Made by a program: the position numbers and the translations under genes. The notes below the pieces were generated by a model. That model was not told where the DNA came from and did no database searches. It worked only from the letters and a program-made list of their open reading frames with translations. A DNA stretch of 64,000 nt from Enoplolaimus lenunculus. Lineage: Eukaryota. Shown here piece by piece: positions 25,101 to 36,651 of the stretch (the stretch's first letter is position 1; each line of letters opens with the position of its first letter). The stretch is taken from contig JASANG010001737.1 in NCBI GenBank assembly GCA_030248215.1, positions 62,001-126,000 of the forward strand. Direction: 5' to 3'.

Positions 25101-28100
25101 GCCACTTACATCTCTATGGCTTGCAAAAGGGTTTACGAAAACAAGACTTGCAATAAGGCTTTATGACCAGGGCCGTAGTCAGCTCACCTTGCTAGTTGGG
25201 CTAAAAAATTTCTAGGAGGGGCATACAAGGGTTTTCGTTGAGTTGCAAGCAAGGTTGAAAATTATCTAGAGTGGACCGAAATATTGAAGCCAGTTTAATA
25301 CGTGTTTTGTTTCAGTGTAATTTTATCGCTATGGTTCATTCTAATAGTTGCTGGAACGTTGTACAGCTTTGTCTATATGAAAGATTTGCGGCATAAGATC
25401 AAATCTGGAGCGCTTCAAATACCGTCGGAACGAGGACATTTGCAGGTACTGCAGTGTATTAATGATATGTTGAATTTTAATAAAAGTTAAACGTTAACGC
25501 AATTTGAACGAAAGTCACCAAAGGTTTCCCTAGAACAGCGTCAAATTGATGATTGCTGCACACAGTTGAAAATGCCAATGCTTGATTCAATCAAGAGTGC
25601 ATGAGACAATAGTGTGCAAGTCTTGGGGTTCCGCATGGTACAAAATATACCACCGGGCGTTGCGTTTTTGGCCGACCTTCCCCATTATTTACAGGGGTCG
25701 CTGTCACATGCAATTACCCTAAATTAAACTATAATTGGAGCAGCATTTTTGATGGGCGGATATATAAAGTGGCATGGATCACACAGGTTGTACCTCGTTC
25801 GAAAAACGAGGGGGTTGCCCAAAAACAAAACACCCGGTTGCACATTTTGTGCCATTGTGGAACTCCAAAAGCTGCCTACTCTTATACGCTCTTGATTCAA
25901 CTTGTAATTGTTTAATTTTAGAATCGAATGCACGAAGTGAACGGCAGTGTTGGCAATAGTATAGTGTCACTTTCGGCTGCGGTTAAAATGTCTGAAAATG
26001 AATATTTTGAACAATTGGGTACGTCAAATTTTTTTCTCTAATGTCAACGTAAGAGTTAAATTTAAGGGTATGAACCGTTAATGGTCGACCCTAATCCTAA
26101 GTTTAGTCAGGTTTAAGGACATGGACTGTGTCTCGGGAATGAAGTCTTCTCGTATCTCAGGTTATTTCGGGATCAGTTGTTATGTCCCAATTTTGATGAT
26201 TGGCGTGCTGAAGGTCGATCAGGGCACCACTGGGTCTTAGCTGTTAAATTCGGAATTTTCATGTTTCAGTGTTCCCTTCACAATTTTGGGATGTTTTTCC
26301 AGTTTAAACATTATACGGATTTCTTTGCCGCATGAGTTCTTCGTTACATTCGCTAAACAAAAATTACAATTTAAAATATAAATTAATATTTTAAAAGCCA
26401 AAAATAGCTAGAATGAAACCACAGTCCAATTTATTTTAATACTTCTCACTTAATAATGTAGATATATTTAGTAGCGAATGCTTTGCAGGCGGTGGTGGAT
26501 GTATCCCCCATCGGTCCTGCGGTAATAAAAATTTTACGACGCAAATGGTTCATCTAAAGCTCACAATGCGTTTTCAGCAAAATAGCTTTAAAATCAGACA
26601 TGCATATCACACGACGAGTTCGATAATTTTGCACATTCGGTGTAATTTGTAAATCTTAAATTATCGCAAAATCAGCTTAAATAAAGAACTGTAAAATTTC
26701 AAAACACAGAAAGTATCCACAGCCATTGAAAAATGTGCTGGACCCGCGTTTTCGCTACAGTGTTTGTGCTGGCGAAATTTTGGACGATTTTGTACCTTTT
26801 TTGGCTAAATTTGTCTTCATTTTTAAGCAACCATTTACTATCGTCAAAATGTGTTTTTTACGTTTCAGCAATATTCAAAAAGATTCTGCTTGCATTTTCT
26901 GTATCGCGCAATTGTGCACGGTTGCTGTCTGCTCATGCTGCGCCTACTGATATTGTTGCAATTCATGGCATACGCGTCATAACTAACCTTTGGTTAATAT
27001 TGGCACATTCGTATTTTCTACTCATTCCCTATGTTGGTAAGTGTTGTATTAAATAAATTTGTGCTAAATTTGTTATTAACAAGTTTAATTTTAGAGTTAG
27101 TTGCAGGGGGCTTTAATTCTACGGGGTCAGGTGGCTTTATTGACCAGAGATGGTAGGGGAACGCGTGGAGCTCCATGAAGCCTTATATGGCAGGATGGAA
27201 TTGGCCGCCCTATGGGGCAGTTCACCCGCCCCCCACATGAAGCAAATATAGGGTTAAAATCGAAAGGTAAATTTCTCTCGGTTTTGTAATGTCTGGCTCA
27301 AAAGAAAGTTGAAATTTTTTCCGACGGACTGAAGGACTCAACATATTAAAATTTTATCGTTATCCGAATTAAGTCCGAAACAATTTTCGAAAACTTGAAA
27401 AAATTAATAATATATCGTTCGACGCAACATGCGACGCTGTTAAATTTTCTGCTATCAAATAGTTGGCTCACGAGTTATGGTTCAAAAAAATTGATTTGGC
27501 ATTTTGCCAGCGAACTACAACGTAACTCGTGAACCAAGCATTTCACAGTGTTTAAGTCAGCGTCGCGCGCTGCGTCGATTGATATATGCATAAAGTTGAG
27601 AAGATTTCAGGAATACGTTTTTCGACCACTGGGGATAGCGGTTTTAAGACCTCAAAAATCTAATTATTCAAAAAGTCAAATTAATCTGGAATGATCAGAT
27701 GTTGTAGTAAAAGATCAAATGTGTAAAAACGTACAAAGTTTTTGAAATCCTATCGGTTTTGAGTGAACGCCGGCTGAGAGAAGTCAGCTGAAAATATCCG
27801 TTATTGGGATTTACGGATCAGGTTTGATAAAACTAGACTTTTACGATGTTTTACTCTCGTTTAACACGACATGTATAATGATTAATACGTATGGATGTTT
27901 TTGAACGAAGCGAAACTCCGAACGAAGCTCGGAGTTTCGCGAAGCGTTTTATATTTTGTGCTCGGGGATGCAAGGTGGATGACATTTTGTCCGTCCGTCC
28001 GTCCGAAAGGAATCGACGGAACTGCTGAACCGATTTTGGGATTTATAAGATATTTCACTAATTATTAGGGTTACAAGCAATATAATTTGATCAATACAGG

Positions 28101-31100
28101 GTTTTTGGGAACGAAGAATTTGAATAAATTGTCTACAAACCTTCAAAACGGATAATTAAATAGTTAGCCAATAGCTAATTTGCGTATTAATAGCATAATT
28201 GATAAACCTAAATTAGGACTTTTTGCAATATTTCACTAATTATTAGGGTTACTGAAGAGTTTTTGGGCGCAAGAAATCTGAATAAATTGTTTACAAACAT
28301 CCAAAACCGATAAACGAATAGTTAGTCAATAATTAATTTGCACAATAGCTTAACTGCTAAGTGTGTTCGAGCTTCGCTCAATACATGTAGTCCCACTACG
28401 ACTGGTTATAGGAAATCTTGCGGCTTTTCTACGTTTACCGTATGATATTGGATTCGAGCTGATTGATAATGCTTCCGTCGGGGCTGATACGTTTTTCCTG
28501 CTCAGTGGCACACTGGTTTCGTTCCTATGGTTTCGTGATGTGGACACGTCAAATGGAAAAACGTTGACGTCGCCAAAGTATTGGGCCTGGTATTATTTGC
28601 ATCGGATTCTGAGGTTAGTTTTTCCGACATTGTTTATTTCTGTAGTTTTCTGCCGGCTGATCCATAGGATGTTCTGATGATGAAGAATATGATTTAATTT
28701 ATTTGCAATTTGAAATTTAGTTTTCATATAGCGTGCTTGATTTTATACTTAAATATTTTAAGAATACTGCATCGAAACATTTTTGAGCACGAGTGCTAAT
28801 ATATATCACCTTGCATTTCGCTTCGAAATTTTATACCGTAAATCATAAATTCGGCTGTTTTGTTTTAAATACTTTTAGATTAACACCAGTGTACATGATA
28901 ATCATTGCGCTAACAGTATTATTTCCGTTCCTCGCATACGGGCCCGAATGGACTATACAATCGACTTCCGGTTCCGGGTCGTTTGATTTTGCCAATTGTC
29001 GCTCAGTTTGGTGGACCAATTTGTTGTATGTCAACAATTTTGTAAACGTCGACAAACCGGTAAGCGGTTTGTGATTTTGTTGAGAAATTGTTTTGTGTAA
29101 GCATAAGTTTAGGTTCGTTTGTATGTGTTTGCAGTATATGTTTGTTTGTGTGTTTGCAGAATATGTTTGTTTGTATGTATTTGCAGTATATGTTTGTTTG
29201 TATGTATTTGCAGTATATGTTTGTTTGTATGTATTTGCAGAATATGTTTGTTTGTGTGTGTTTGCAGAATATGTTTGTTTGTGTCTGTTTGCAGTATGTT
29301 TGTTTTTGTGTGTTTGCAGTATATGTTTGTTTGTGCCTGTTTGCAGAATATGTTTGTTTGTGTGTTTGCAGTATATGTTTTTTCGTGCCTGTTTGCAGAA
29401 TATGTTTGTTTGTATGTATTTGCAGTATATGTTTGTTTGTGTGTGTGTTTGCAGTATGTTTATTTGTATATGTTTGCAGAATATGTTTGTTCGTGTGTGT
29501 TTGCAGTTTGTTTGTTTGTATATGTTTGCAGAATATGTTTGTTTGTGTGTGTTTTTGCAGTATATGTTTGTTTGTGCCTGTTTGCAGAACATGTTTGTTT
29601 GTGTGTGTTTGCAGTATTTGTTGGTTTGTGCCTGTTTGCAGAATATGTTTGTTTGTGTGTGTTTGCAGTATATCTTGTTTGTGTCTGTTTGCAGTATATG
29701 TTTGTATAATTTTTCTTAGAGTCGTATTGCAAATATGTACACTTTTCTTTCTGCATTTGTCGTTTCGAACCAGCTTGCACTTAACAAGTAAAACTATCGC
29801 TATATTTGTCAAAAATTAAAAATATGAGCATAAAATTTATAAAGCAAGCGTTGTTTCAGTGCCTCGGCTGGACATGGTATATGGCGAATGAAATGCAATT
29901 CTACGTTCTTGCGCCGATATTTTTGATTTTACTGTGGCTGTAAGTGCTGATTGGGCGATATAAACTAAAGCTCGACAATGCCCATTATCAACGGAGCCCA
30001 TATTCTCAAACGTGTACGGCAACTATTATCAATTAGAAATAGGTTTTCAAATTCACTAAACTCTTGCAGTTCTGGAACTCAAAATTGTGTACAGGAGTAC
30101 AGCATATGGTATGCGAAAAATGTGCTGAATCTGTGAATCTCAGCATTCAGTGGTTCGAAAGTTACAAGACCTCTATCACCAACTGGTGATAGTTGCTACA
30201 CAAATTTGGGAAGATATGACCTAAAGTTGTGTAATAATGTTCATTATGAATTGATCACAGAATATTGTCATCTGAATTTTTAGTTGGGTTTGCAATGGTG
30301 TTTTCATGCATAAAATCATTGAAATCGGAAGTGCTTTTGTCAAATTTAACTAAACTCAAAGAGGAGGCTTGTTCCTGGACTTTCTGCCGATATATTTAAC
30401 GTTCAGTGTAAACCACATGGGTCTGCCTGCCTACTAAGCGTTAAACCTAAGTCTAAAGTTAAGCGTAAGCCTAAACCGAAGCCTAACTTTAAGCATAAGT
30501 CGAAACATAAGCGGAATAATCAACCTAAGCTGAAGCTTAAAATTACCAGTCTCTAAATCTCTCAGTTCCCGTACTTGACGTAGGCCATTTTGCCCTCCTG
30601 TATATGTTTACGTTTATGTTATCTATATCCGTGTCTGTCTCCAAGAAATTTGGGCCAATGTAAAGAACAGGGTCGGAACAGTATTATAAGCATATAACTA
30701 AGCGTAAGCCTAAGCCTAAGCCTAGGCCAAGAAAAAAATTAGTCTAAAACTTAAGCTTACTCTATTCTAGTCACCACAGAAAAACGTTCTGCCCCTGATC
30801 TTTACATACAAATTTAAAGCGATAAGTGAACTAAACTTTTTGAACTGACATGTCTGCTTTGTTATTTGTAGGTTTCCTATTGTTGGATTTGTGCTTACAC
30901 TAACCGCCGGCGGAGCGTCGTGTCTTCTCACCGGGTTACTGATCTCAGAAAACGCCTATCCGCCAACACTCATGTTTTCGTTGAATCCTGTCTTGTAAGT
31001 CAACGCTTAAACTAGTGCTGTTCACCCTATAGGAACCGACCTGCCGGCCAGTAATTGCTTATCACAGAAAAAGCTAAAAAACACAGTGTGCCATCATTAA

Positions 31101-34100
31101 ATTAATATTTTTAATCATATTTGGATTTCAATTTTAAAACTTTTAGCTCAAATCTGAAATATCGGTATAGCTTCTAGAAACGTAACGACATAAAATGCTT
31201 GACAATATTTAAAATTTGTATATTGGCCGGCAGCCGGCCGGCCAGAAGAAAAGCGATAATTGCACAACACTTGCTTAAAGCGGTTCGTTCTTGAAAACTA
31301 GACATCTTGACACTCATCAACACTTTTTACCACATTTAAAGTTAAAGCTTAAGCTTTTATGTTTAGGCTCAAGTTTAGGTTTAGGAAACAGCTTAGGCTT
31401 GCGCTTAGGTAAGCGTTTTTGGTAACCTAAGCCTAAGCTTATCGGCTGAAGTGGGTAAAACTCAGCACCCGTCGGCGATAGGTAATACGTCTGGAAACAT
31501 TTTAACGAATAATTCCAAACCTGGAACAATTTGAACGGTGTTTTGTTGCAGAGGTAGTCTATAACTTTGTCATATCTCCTTGCTGTTGTTGTTGTTGTTG
31601 TTGCTGTTGTTGTTTTTGTTGTTGTTGTTGCTGTCGTCGGTTTTGTTTTTGTTTTTGTTTTCGTTTTTGTAATTGTTGTTGTTGTTGCATCCGGCCAGTC
31701 TTCTGCCAACGGCAAATGCATCAGCATCTGAACGGTCCGGTCGTCCGAACCATGTAATCTTGTCGACTGTTCCTACTGGACATTTGAGCAATTAGAAGCG
31801 GGTTTCCAATCGTTTGTGTAAATAGTGTGATTGTTTCTAAACACCGATGAACAAATTTTGCGTGCTTGCAAGAACTTTTCGCAAAAACGGTTTAATAAAA
31901 CAAAAGTATTTGATCAAATCATTTTGAGCCGTTTGTAGGACGTGAATGAATGTGACGTATACGTTTTGTTTCGTATTTGTACTGTTTGTGTGAAAATGAT
32001 GATGTCAAAAAATTGTCGATTTGTTTATCTGAAATGTGGCATTTTTTATTTTATATTTATTTGTATGTAAAAATAATGTTGTTTTTTTTTTGGTTTCAGC
32101 TCGTCATCAATTGTTGATTTCTACAAATACGTGTACGTCAAACCTTATACGCGTTGTGCGCCGTTTTTGATTGGCATCTTAGTCGGATATTTACTGTATC
32201 GATCGAGAAACGGAATTCGCCTGATTAAGGTAAATTACTAAAGGCGCAACCATTTGCGGACTTCAGGTTTCTGATTGATGGGCTGTTACGGGGTTTAAGC
32301 CGTATTAGTGTATCGACCTAGAAACGGAATTCGCCTGATTAAGGTAAATTACTAAAGGCGCAACCATTTGCGGACTTCAGGTTTCTGATTGGTGGGCTGT
32401 TACGGGGTTTAAGCCGTATTAGTGTATCGACCTAGAAACGGAATTCGCCTGATTAAGGTAAATTACTAAAGGCGCAACCATTTGCGGATTTCAGGTTTCT
32501 GATTGATGGGCTGTTACGGGGTTTAAGCCGTATTAGTGTATCGACCTAGAAACGGAATTCGCCTGATTAAGGTAAATTACTAAAGGCGCAACCATTTGCG
32601 GACTTCAGGTTTCTGATTGGTGGGCTGTTACGGGGTTTAAGCCGTATGAATAGGATTTGTTCCAGCGATTACATGCATACTTGAACATTAAGGGTTGCGC
32701 TATACTTTACTGTGCCAGACGCCGCCGGGCGCCGCTAGAAAAATCTATTTGGTGGAATTTTTAATGCAACATTTTTATGGTGCCGCGTGGCCGCGAGCAT
32801 CGGTGTGCAGTGAGTATACCGCAACGCTAACAATGCAACGCTTTGAAATGGTTCAGGTTCCCATATTTGTAGGGGGCTAATTATGAAAATGGCTTAAACC
32901 TTCTGAACAATTTTTCGATCAGCTATGAGCTAAGAATGCTTGACATGCAAATTTATTTTTTGTTATTCATATTTTATACATACATTTAGACACATTCCCA
33001 CCATTTTCGACAGTTTCAGATCAAAAGACTGTAAGGCCACATTTTTTGGCAAACGCCAGCATAGGCCCTATGAACGGTTGGAGTGTTTGTTGAAAATTTT
33101 GATGCTAAGATTGACACTTTACAAGCTTTGAGGTATTTGGTGACTCCTGGGTGGATCTCTGATCGCTAACGAGTATGTCTCGGCCAGGCATCCTTGGGTC
33201 AGCCTTCGAATCTATCGTACAGACCATTTTCGGGGGCGTACCCAGGATTTTATTTCGGGATTACATAACATTGCATAGAAGTTTTGTTTGCTAGAGAGCA
33301 CAGCGGACGTGAAATATTTGTTGAGTTTTACAGCTTTTTCTGTAACCTGCAAGAGTGCCTTTTTCGAGTTGACGAAAATTTTTTTCGATATATCCTGTTA
33401 TCCTACACTGGTATACGCAACCTGATCGTTTAATGCTTTAAATACTTTACAACGCAACTAAACGCTTCAGTACTTGTACGTTTTTTGCTTCAAATGCTTA
33501 AGCCTAACTCTCAAGCCCTATTCACACGTGCAAATTTTTGTTGCGAGAACTTGAAGCTGCAAATGGCACGCAGAACTTGCATTTTTTCATCAACCAGTAA
33601 TAAGAAAGCGGTAATATAAATTCAGTGAATTTGTATGGTATTCACACATGTGAACTTAATTTTTAGCTATGATTTTTAATGAATTATTTGCAGCTGCAAG
33701 TTTTTCGAACAGGATTTTGGACAAAACTTGCAAGTGCAAGTAGCAGCTGCAAGTTCTCGCAGCAAAAACTTGCACGTGTGAATAGGGTTTAAGTTTAAGT
33801 TGTGCTAAAATCCAAAAATTTCAACTTATATATTAGTTGGTCGTTATTTTGCGCTGTTATTTTAATTTCAGTGTTTTTCAATAATTTCATGGGTCGCGTC
33901 CACAGTCCTGTGTGGCGGTGTTTTGTTCCTGCCGTACGCATTCTTTACTGGTCTCAAATCGATTTCGTTGCCGGCCGTCGGCGTCTATGGCGGCATCCAT
34001 CGCGGCCTTTGGTCCATTGGTGTCGCCATTGTTTTGTTTATTTGTGCTCATCAGCATGGCGGTATGGGTTTTGATGTTTTTTAATTTTGGTTTTTGTTTA

Positions 34101-36651
34101 ATTTTTGTAAACTTTATTTGCCAAATGTTAAATTTTGTCGTTGTGCTTATGGGATAGGAAGCATTAGGAATGCTCTACATATACTTATCGTGTAGAGCCG
34201 TCCGGAAGCGGACTGTCGCCACAAGTAAATAAAGTTTGTTTACAAATTGTGATGTGGTGCTATGCGCCAATTCACGTACGCTAACGACGCCGGATGGCAT
34301 TCAACTAGTGAAACGGTTTAGCGTCATCCTGACTCCATCGACATGAAATCAAACTGCATTCTGAGCTGTGTGTAGCGGCGATCGTGTCCGTTGTCAAACG
34401 AAACATCTTCTTATACCATCCCATTGTGGTATTAGGGCCGAGAAATTGAATGGGACACGAGGGATTGGTCTGATTTACGAGCAGGACCGAAACTTTTCTA
34501 AGATGGCCGTAACCTTTTTAGAGCCCTTAGTTCCCTGCCTTTTTATAATTTTTTCCAAAAGCATTTGACGACCTCAGGGTCTTGGAAAAGCTTATGGGCC
34601 GCATTGTCTACGGTCCCGTATTAGTGAATTATGGTTTGTTTGTGTTTTAGGCTGGGTCCGACGTATTTTAACGTGGCGTATTTGGACTCCGCTGTCACGG
34701 ATGACCTATGTCGCGTACATTGTACATCCGTTGGTTATTGGAGCGTTTTACATGCAAACTTACCGACCGTTTCACGTTGATCACTGGATAATGGTAAGCG
34801 GTGGCGCGTAGACATGACTTTGTAAGAAGGTCAGCGGCGGAACCAGAAATTTGTGTCACTGTTGAGACTGGCTGGCAAAAATTATGAAACGCAATTGTTA
34901 CGGTATGCATGCAATATATGTGCCATTTTTCGGAGGGGACAGAATTGTAAGATATTGACCTGACCATATTATGGCGATTTTGTTTAACCGGGGGGTGTGA
35001 ACGCCCCGCCGCTCCGTCCTCTGAATCCGCTAGTCAAGCAGGGTCACGTACTATCAAAATGTTGGCAGGGTATTTCGTGTATTATTAACTGAAAAACCCC
35101 CCAAAACCCGTGGTCAAATATGACGACGAGTGGCATGGGTCCTAAATTTCCGTATCTTTTCCATTGCCTAAATATTCGAACATTGTGAATATCAAAGTTA
35201 AAAAGGTGCGATTCTCATGTGCTACATGGCGTAGCACTACTTATATACTCTTGTCAGGTGACAAGATATATTATCACGGCTTCAAACTTGCTGATTATAA
35301 ACAGAGTCGCATTAGAAATTTGCAACGGTTCGGGAAGCGTGATGGAAAATGTTATGAAACACAGTTTTTACTGTATGCTATATATGCCATTTGAAGCGAA
35401 TTGATTATTTCAGATGTACTACTTTCTCGGCCACATCACACTGACATATTTGACAGCATTTATCATCTGCGTTGGTTTTGAACGTCCAGTCGCTGAACTG
35501 ATCCGTGTGATTTACCCGAACCAGCGTGAACCAGTCAAAGAACCACAAGATGTGTATTATTATGGACACGGCAAAGAGTGCGTTTCAACTCAATTACGTT
35601 CATGTTACTTTCAGAGGTGTCTCGTTTTCTCGCGAAATAGCAATAGAGAAGAATTTAAGGCTTGGACTTGCCTTTATGCTTAGGCTGAATCTTGTGCTGA
35701 TTTTGACGTTCAGCATCAGGTATAAGCTTAAGCTTTACGTAGGTTTAGGCTTAGGTTTGAGCTTGAAATTGTTCTTAAGGTAAGAGAAATAGGTAGTGGC
35801 TAATGCGGCATTTTGAAAATAACAGTGCCATTGTAGGCGTAGTAAAAATTTCGTGAAAGTACCTTGAGGGTACAGCTTCAACGTTCAACGAATATTTTAT
35901 GTAGTTTGCTAGTGTATTATGAGACAAGTTTCAATATCGCTGGTCTTGTACTGATCGAAATAACGGCTCCAACCACCAACAATTTGATCCCTACATTGCA
36001 AAACATGGTGAGTCAAATTGACTCTCTCCGAAATAGGCTTTTCCTGACTACATGAACTGAGTCAAAATTTGACTCTGCCAGAGTCAAGTTCGACTCAATT
36101 TGACTCTGGCGGAATCAAACTTTAACTCAGATTGTGCAGTCAGGAAAAGCCTGTTTCGGAGAGAGTCAATTTGACTCACCATTTCTTGCAGTGTAATTAC
36201 TACAGAAACGCGATTTTACAGTCAAACAAAAATCGCGCTATCACAAAATCGTATTAAAAGTATAAAATTTAGGCCGTATTAATTATAAGCGACTGACCAC
36301 TAAGCCTAAAAGCCTAAACCTACGCCTAAGCATAATTTTAAACATAAACACATACAGAAGTTTAATTCTAAGCGTAAGCCTTCTAGTAACTCCCTGGTCA
36401 TGCTGTCTTGAAAACGATGGGGCCTCTACAATTAACATTTGCTAAACATCATATTGCTCAAGCTGTTTTTAATCAGCTTTAATCATATTTTAAAGCTTAC
36501 ATTAAAGGAAAAGTTTACAAATTTAAGGCACAAAAAGACAATCTACGGCGTCGGTACACAAGCGGAACGTGGGCCATTAACCGAGACGAAGCAACCTCAG
36601 CCAAATGCCGGCACCAGCGGATCAGGAGGTCCATCTGAACCGAAGACGTAA
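21674..36651 (+). CDS. nrf-6: NRF-6/NDG-4-like membrane O-acyltransferase (NRF domain + acyltransferase-3), 17 exons, about 886 aa; symbol is family-level, orthology not shown
   Basis: Hand-built join(21674-22127,22610-22748,24038-24167,24477-24588,24899-24992,25316-25445,25922-26018,26869-27036,28412-28613,28879-29059,29860-29939,30872-30994,32100-32229,33872-34061,34651-34793,35414-35577,36528-36651) = 2661 nt. All introns GT-AG, phases consistent, no internal stop. NRF motifs DASG..GN..W.G.Y.EC, RYC, CLPATC..ND. AT3 motifs HGIR-x10-H, DTFFLLSG, RILRLTP, WTNLLYVNN, CLGWTWYMANEMQFY, YVKPYTR..PFLIG, PLSRMTY..Y..HP, FERP. Confidence 0.92.
22610..22748 (+). CDS. nrf-6-like exon 2
   Basis: TTTCAG acceptor; VIDASGAKDAGSLEGNQLWYGTYRECM; GTAAG donor. 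Confidence 0.92.
22829..23268. mobile_element. GGCC-ended MITE with internally amplified telomeric minisatellite (nrf-6-like intron 2)
   Basis: TIR (T)GCCAATGTATAGAACAG / CTGTTCTATACATGGGCC; TSD ACCGGTTG/ACCAGTTG. Confidence 0.85.
24038..24167 (+). CDS. nrf-6-like exon 3
   Basis: TTTCAG acceptor; KINYKPRYCTVTY...MSSEP; GTAAGT donor; bridges phase 2 to 0. Confidence 0.85.
24477..24588 (+). CDS. nrf-6-like exon 4
   Basis: TTACAG acceptor; GCGSIDRIVRTKTATCLPATCHANDI; GTAAGT donor. Confidence 0.9.
24899..24992 (+). CDS. nrf-6-like exon 5
   Basis: TTCTAG acceptor; GANSKMCLADEQFVDCADEYRVSDSPGAIAM; GTAAGT donor. Confidence 0.85.
25316..25445 (+). CDS. nrf-6-like exon 6 (first TM helix)
   Basis: TTTCAG acceptor; VILSLWFILIVAGTLY; donor CAG|GTACT. 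Confidence 0.85.
25922..26018 (+). CDS. nrf-6-like exon 7 (loop)
   Basis: TTTTAG acceptor; NRMHEVNGSVGNSIVSLSAAVKMSENEYFEQL; G|GTACGT donor; needed to bridge phase 0 to 1. Confidence 0.72.
26869..27036 (+). CDS. nrf-6-like exon 8
   Basis: TTTCAG acceptor; LLAFSVSRN...IHGIRVITNLWLILAH; GTAAGT donor. Confidence 0.93.
27901..28407 (+). mobile_element. HINE copy, both ends present, 2 internal units
   Basis: 5' subTIR TTGAACGAAGC, perfect 12-bp IR 27910-27921/27929-27940, (GTCC)n, 3' subTIR GCTTCGCTCAAT 28371-28382, hairpin GTAGT-CCC-ACTAC 28387-28399; inserted in a T run with no TSD. Confidence 0.85.
28412..28613 (+). CDS. nrf-6-like exon 9
   Basis: Acceptor GGTTATAG abutting a HINE 3' end; NASVGADTFFLLSG...YLHRILR; AG|GTTAG donor. 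Confidence 0.9.
28879..29059 (+). CDS. nrf-6-like exon 10
   Basis: TTTTAG acceptor; RLTPVY...GPEW...CRSVWWTNLLYVNNF; GTAAG donor. Confidence 0.93.
29105..29705. repeat. About 600-bp minisatellite, about 24-30-bp unit TTTGCAG(T/A)ATATGTTTGTTTGTGTG (intron 10)
   Basis: Directly visible; explains the overlapping C/V/F- and T/N/K/H-rich ORFs. Confidence 0.95.
29860..29939 (+). CDS. nrf-6-like exon 11
   Basis: TTTCAG acceptor; CLGWTWYMANEMQFYVLAPIFL; GTAAGT donor. Confidence 0.93.
30653..30807. mobile_element. GGCC-ended MITE, right end clipped
   Basis: Colinear with the 6116 copy; internal GCCTAA run. Confidence 0.72.
30872..30994 (+). CDS. nrf-6-like exon 12
   Basis: TTGTAG acceptor; FPIVGFVLTLTAGGASCLLTG...YPPT; GTAAGT donor. 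Confidence 0.88.
31581..31688. repeat. Imperfect (TTG)n/(TTTTTG)n microsatellite
   Basis: Directly visible. Confidence 0.9.
32100..32229 (+). CDS. nrf-6-like exon 13
   Basis: TTTCAG acceptor; FYKYVYVKPYTRCAPFLIGILVGYLL; AAG|GTAAAT donor. Confidence 0.92.
32195..32647 (+). repeat. 4 x 114-bp tandem duplication spanning the exon 13 donor
   Basis: AAG|GTAAAT recurs at 32230, 32344, 32458, 32572. Confidence 0.95.
33514..33789. mobile_element. PIF/Harbinger-type MITE
   Basis: About 45-bp TIR CCCTATTCACACGTGCAA...; related copy at about 24250-24441. Superfamily inferred from termini. Confidence 0.72.
33872..34061 (+). CDS. nrf-6-like exon 14
   Basis: TTTCAG acceptor; ...YGGIHRGLWSIGVAIVLFICAHQHG; GTATGG donor. 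Confidence 0.9.
34651..34793 (+). CDS. nrf-6-like exon 15
   Basis: TTTTAG acceptor; GWVRRILTWRIWTPLSRMTYVAYIVHP; GTAAG donor. Confidence 0.93.
35414..35577 (+). CDS. nrf-6-like exon 16
   Basis: TTTCAG acceptor; last TM helix then FERP; probable donor GA|GTGCGT (otherwise reads on to a stop at 35683). Confidence 0.85.
35994..36193. mobile_element. 200-bp foldback MITE, CA(C/T)TGCAA termini, TA flanks
   Basis: Nearly the whole element is a palindrome with repeated GAGTCA/TGACTC motifs. Confidence 0.85.
36528..36651 (+). CDS. nrf-6-like probable terminal exon 17 (hydrophilic tail)
   Basis: Weak TTTAAG acceptor, phase-compatible with exon 16; HKKTIYGVGTQAERGPLTETKQPQPNAGTSGSGGPSEPKT-stop; GC-richer than flanks. 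Confidence 0.6.

Noticed and set aside
28843..29819. Several 200-270-aa overlapping ORFs
   Set aside because: Produced by a stop-poor minisatellite in intron 10.
31317..31791. Poly-T and poly-N ORFs
   Set aside because: Antisense translation of the (TTG)n microsatellite and degenerate TTAGGC runs.
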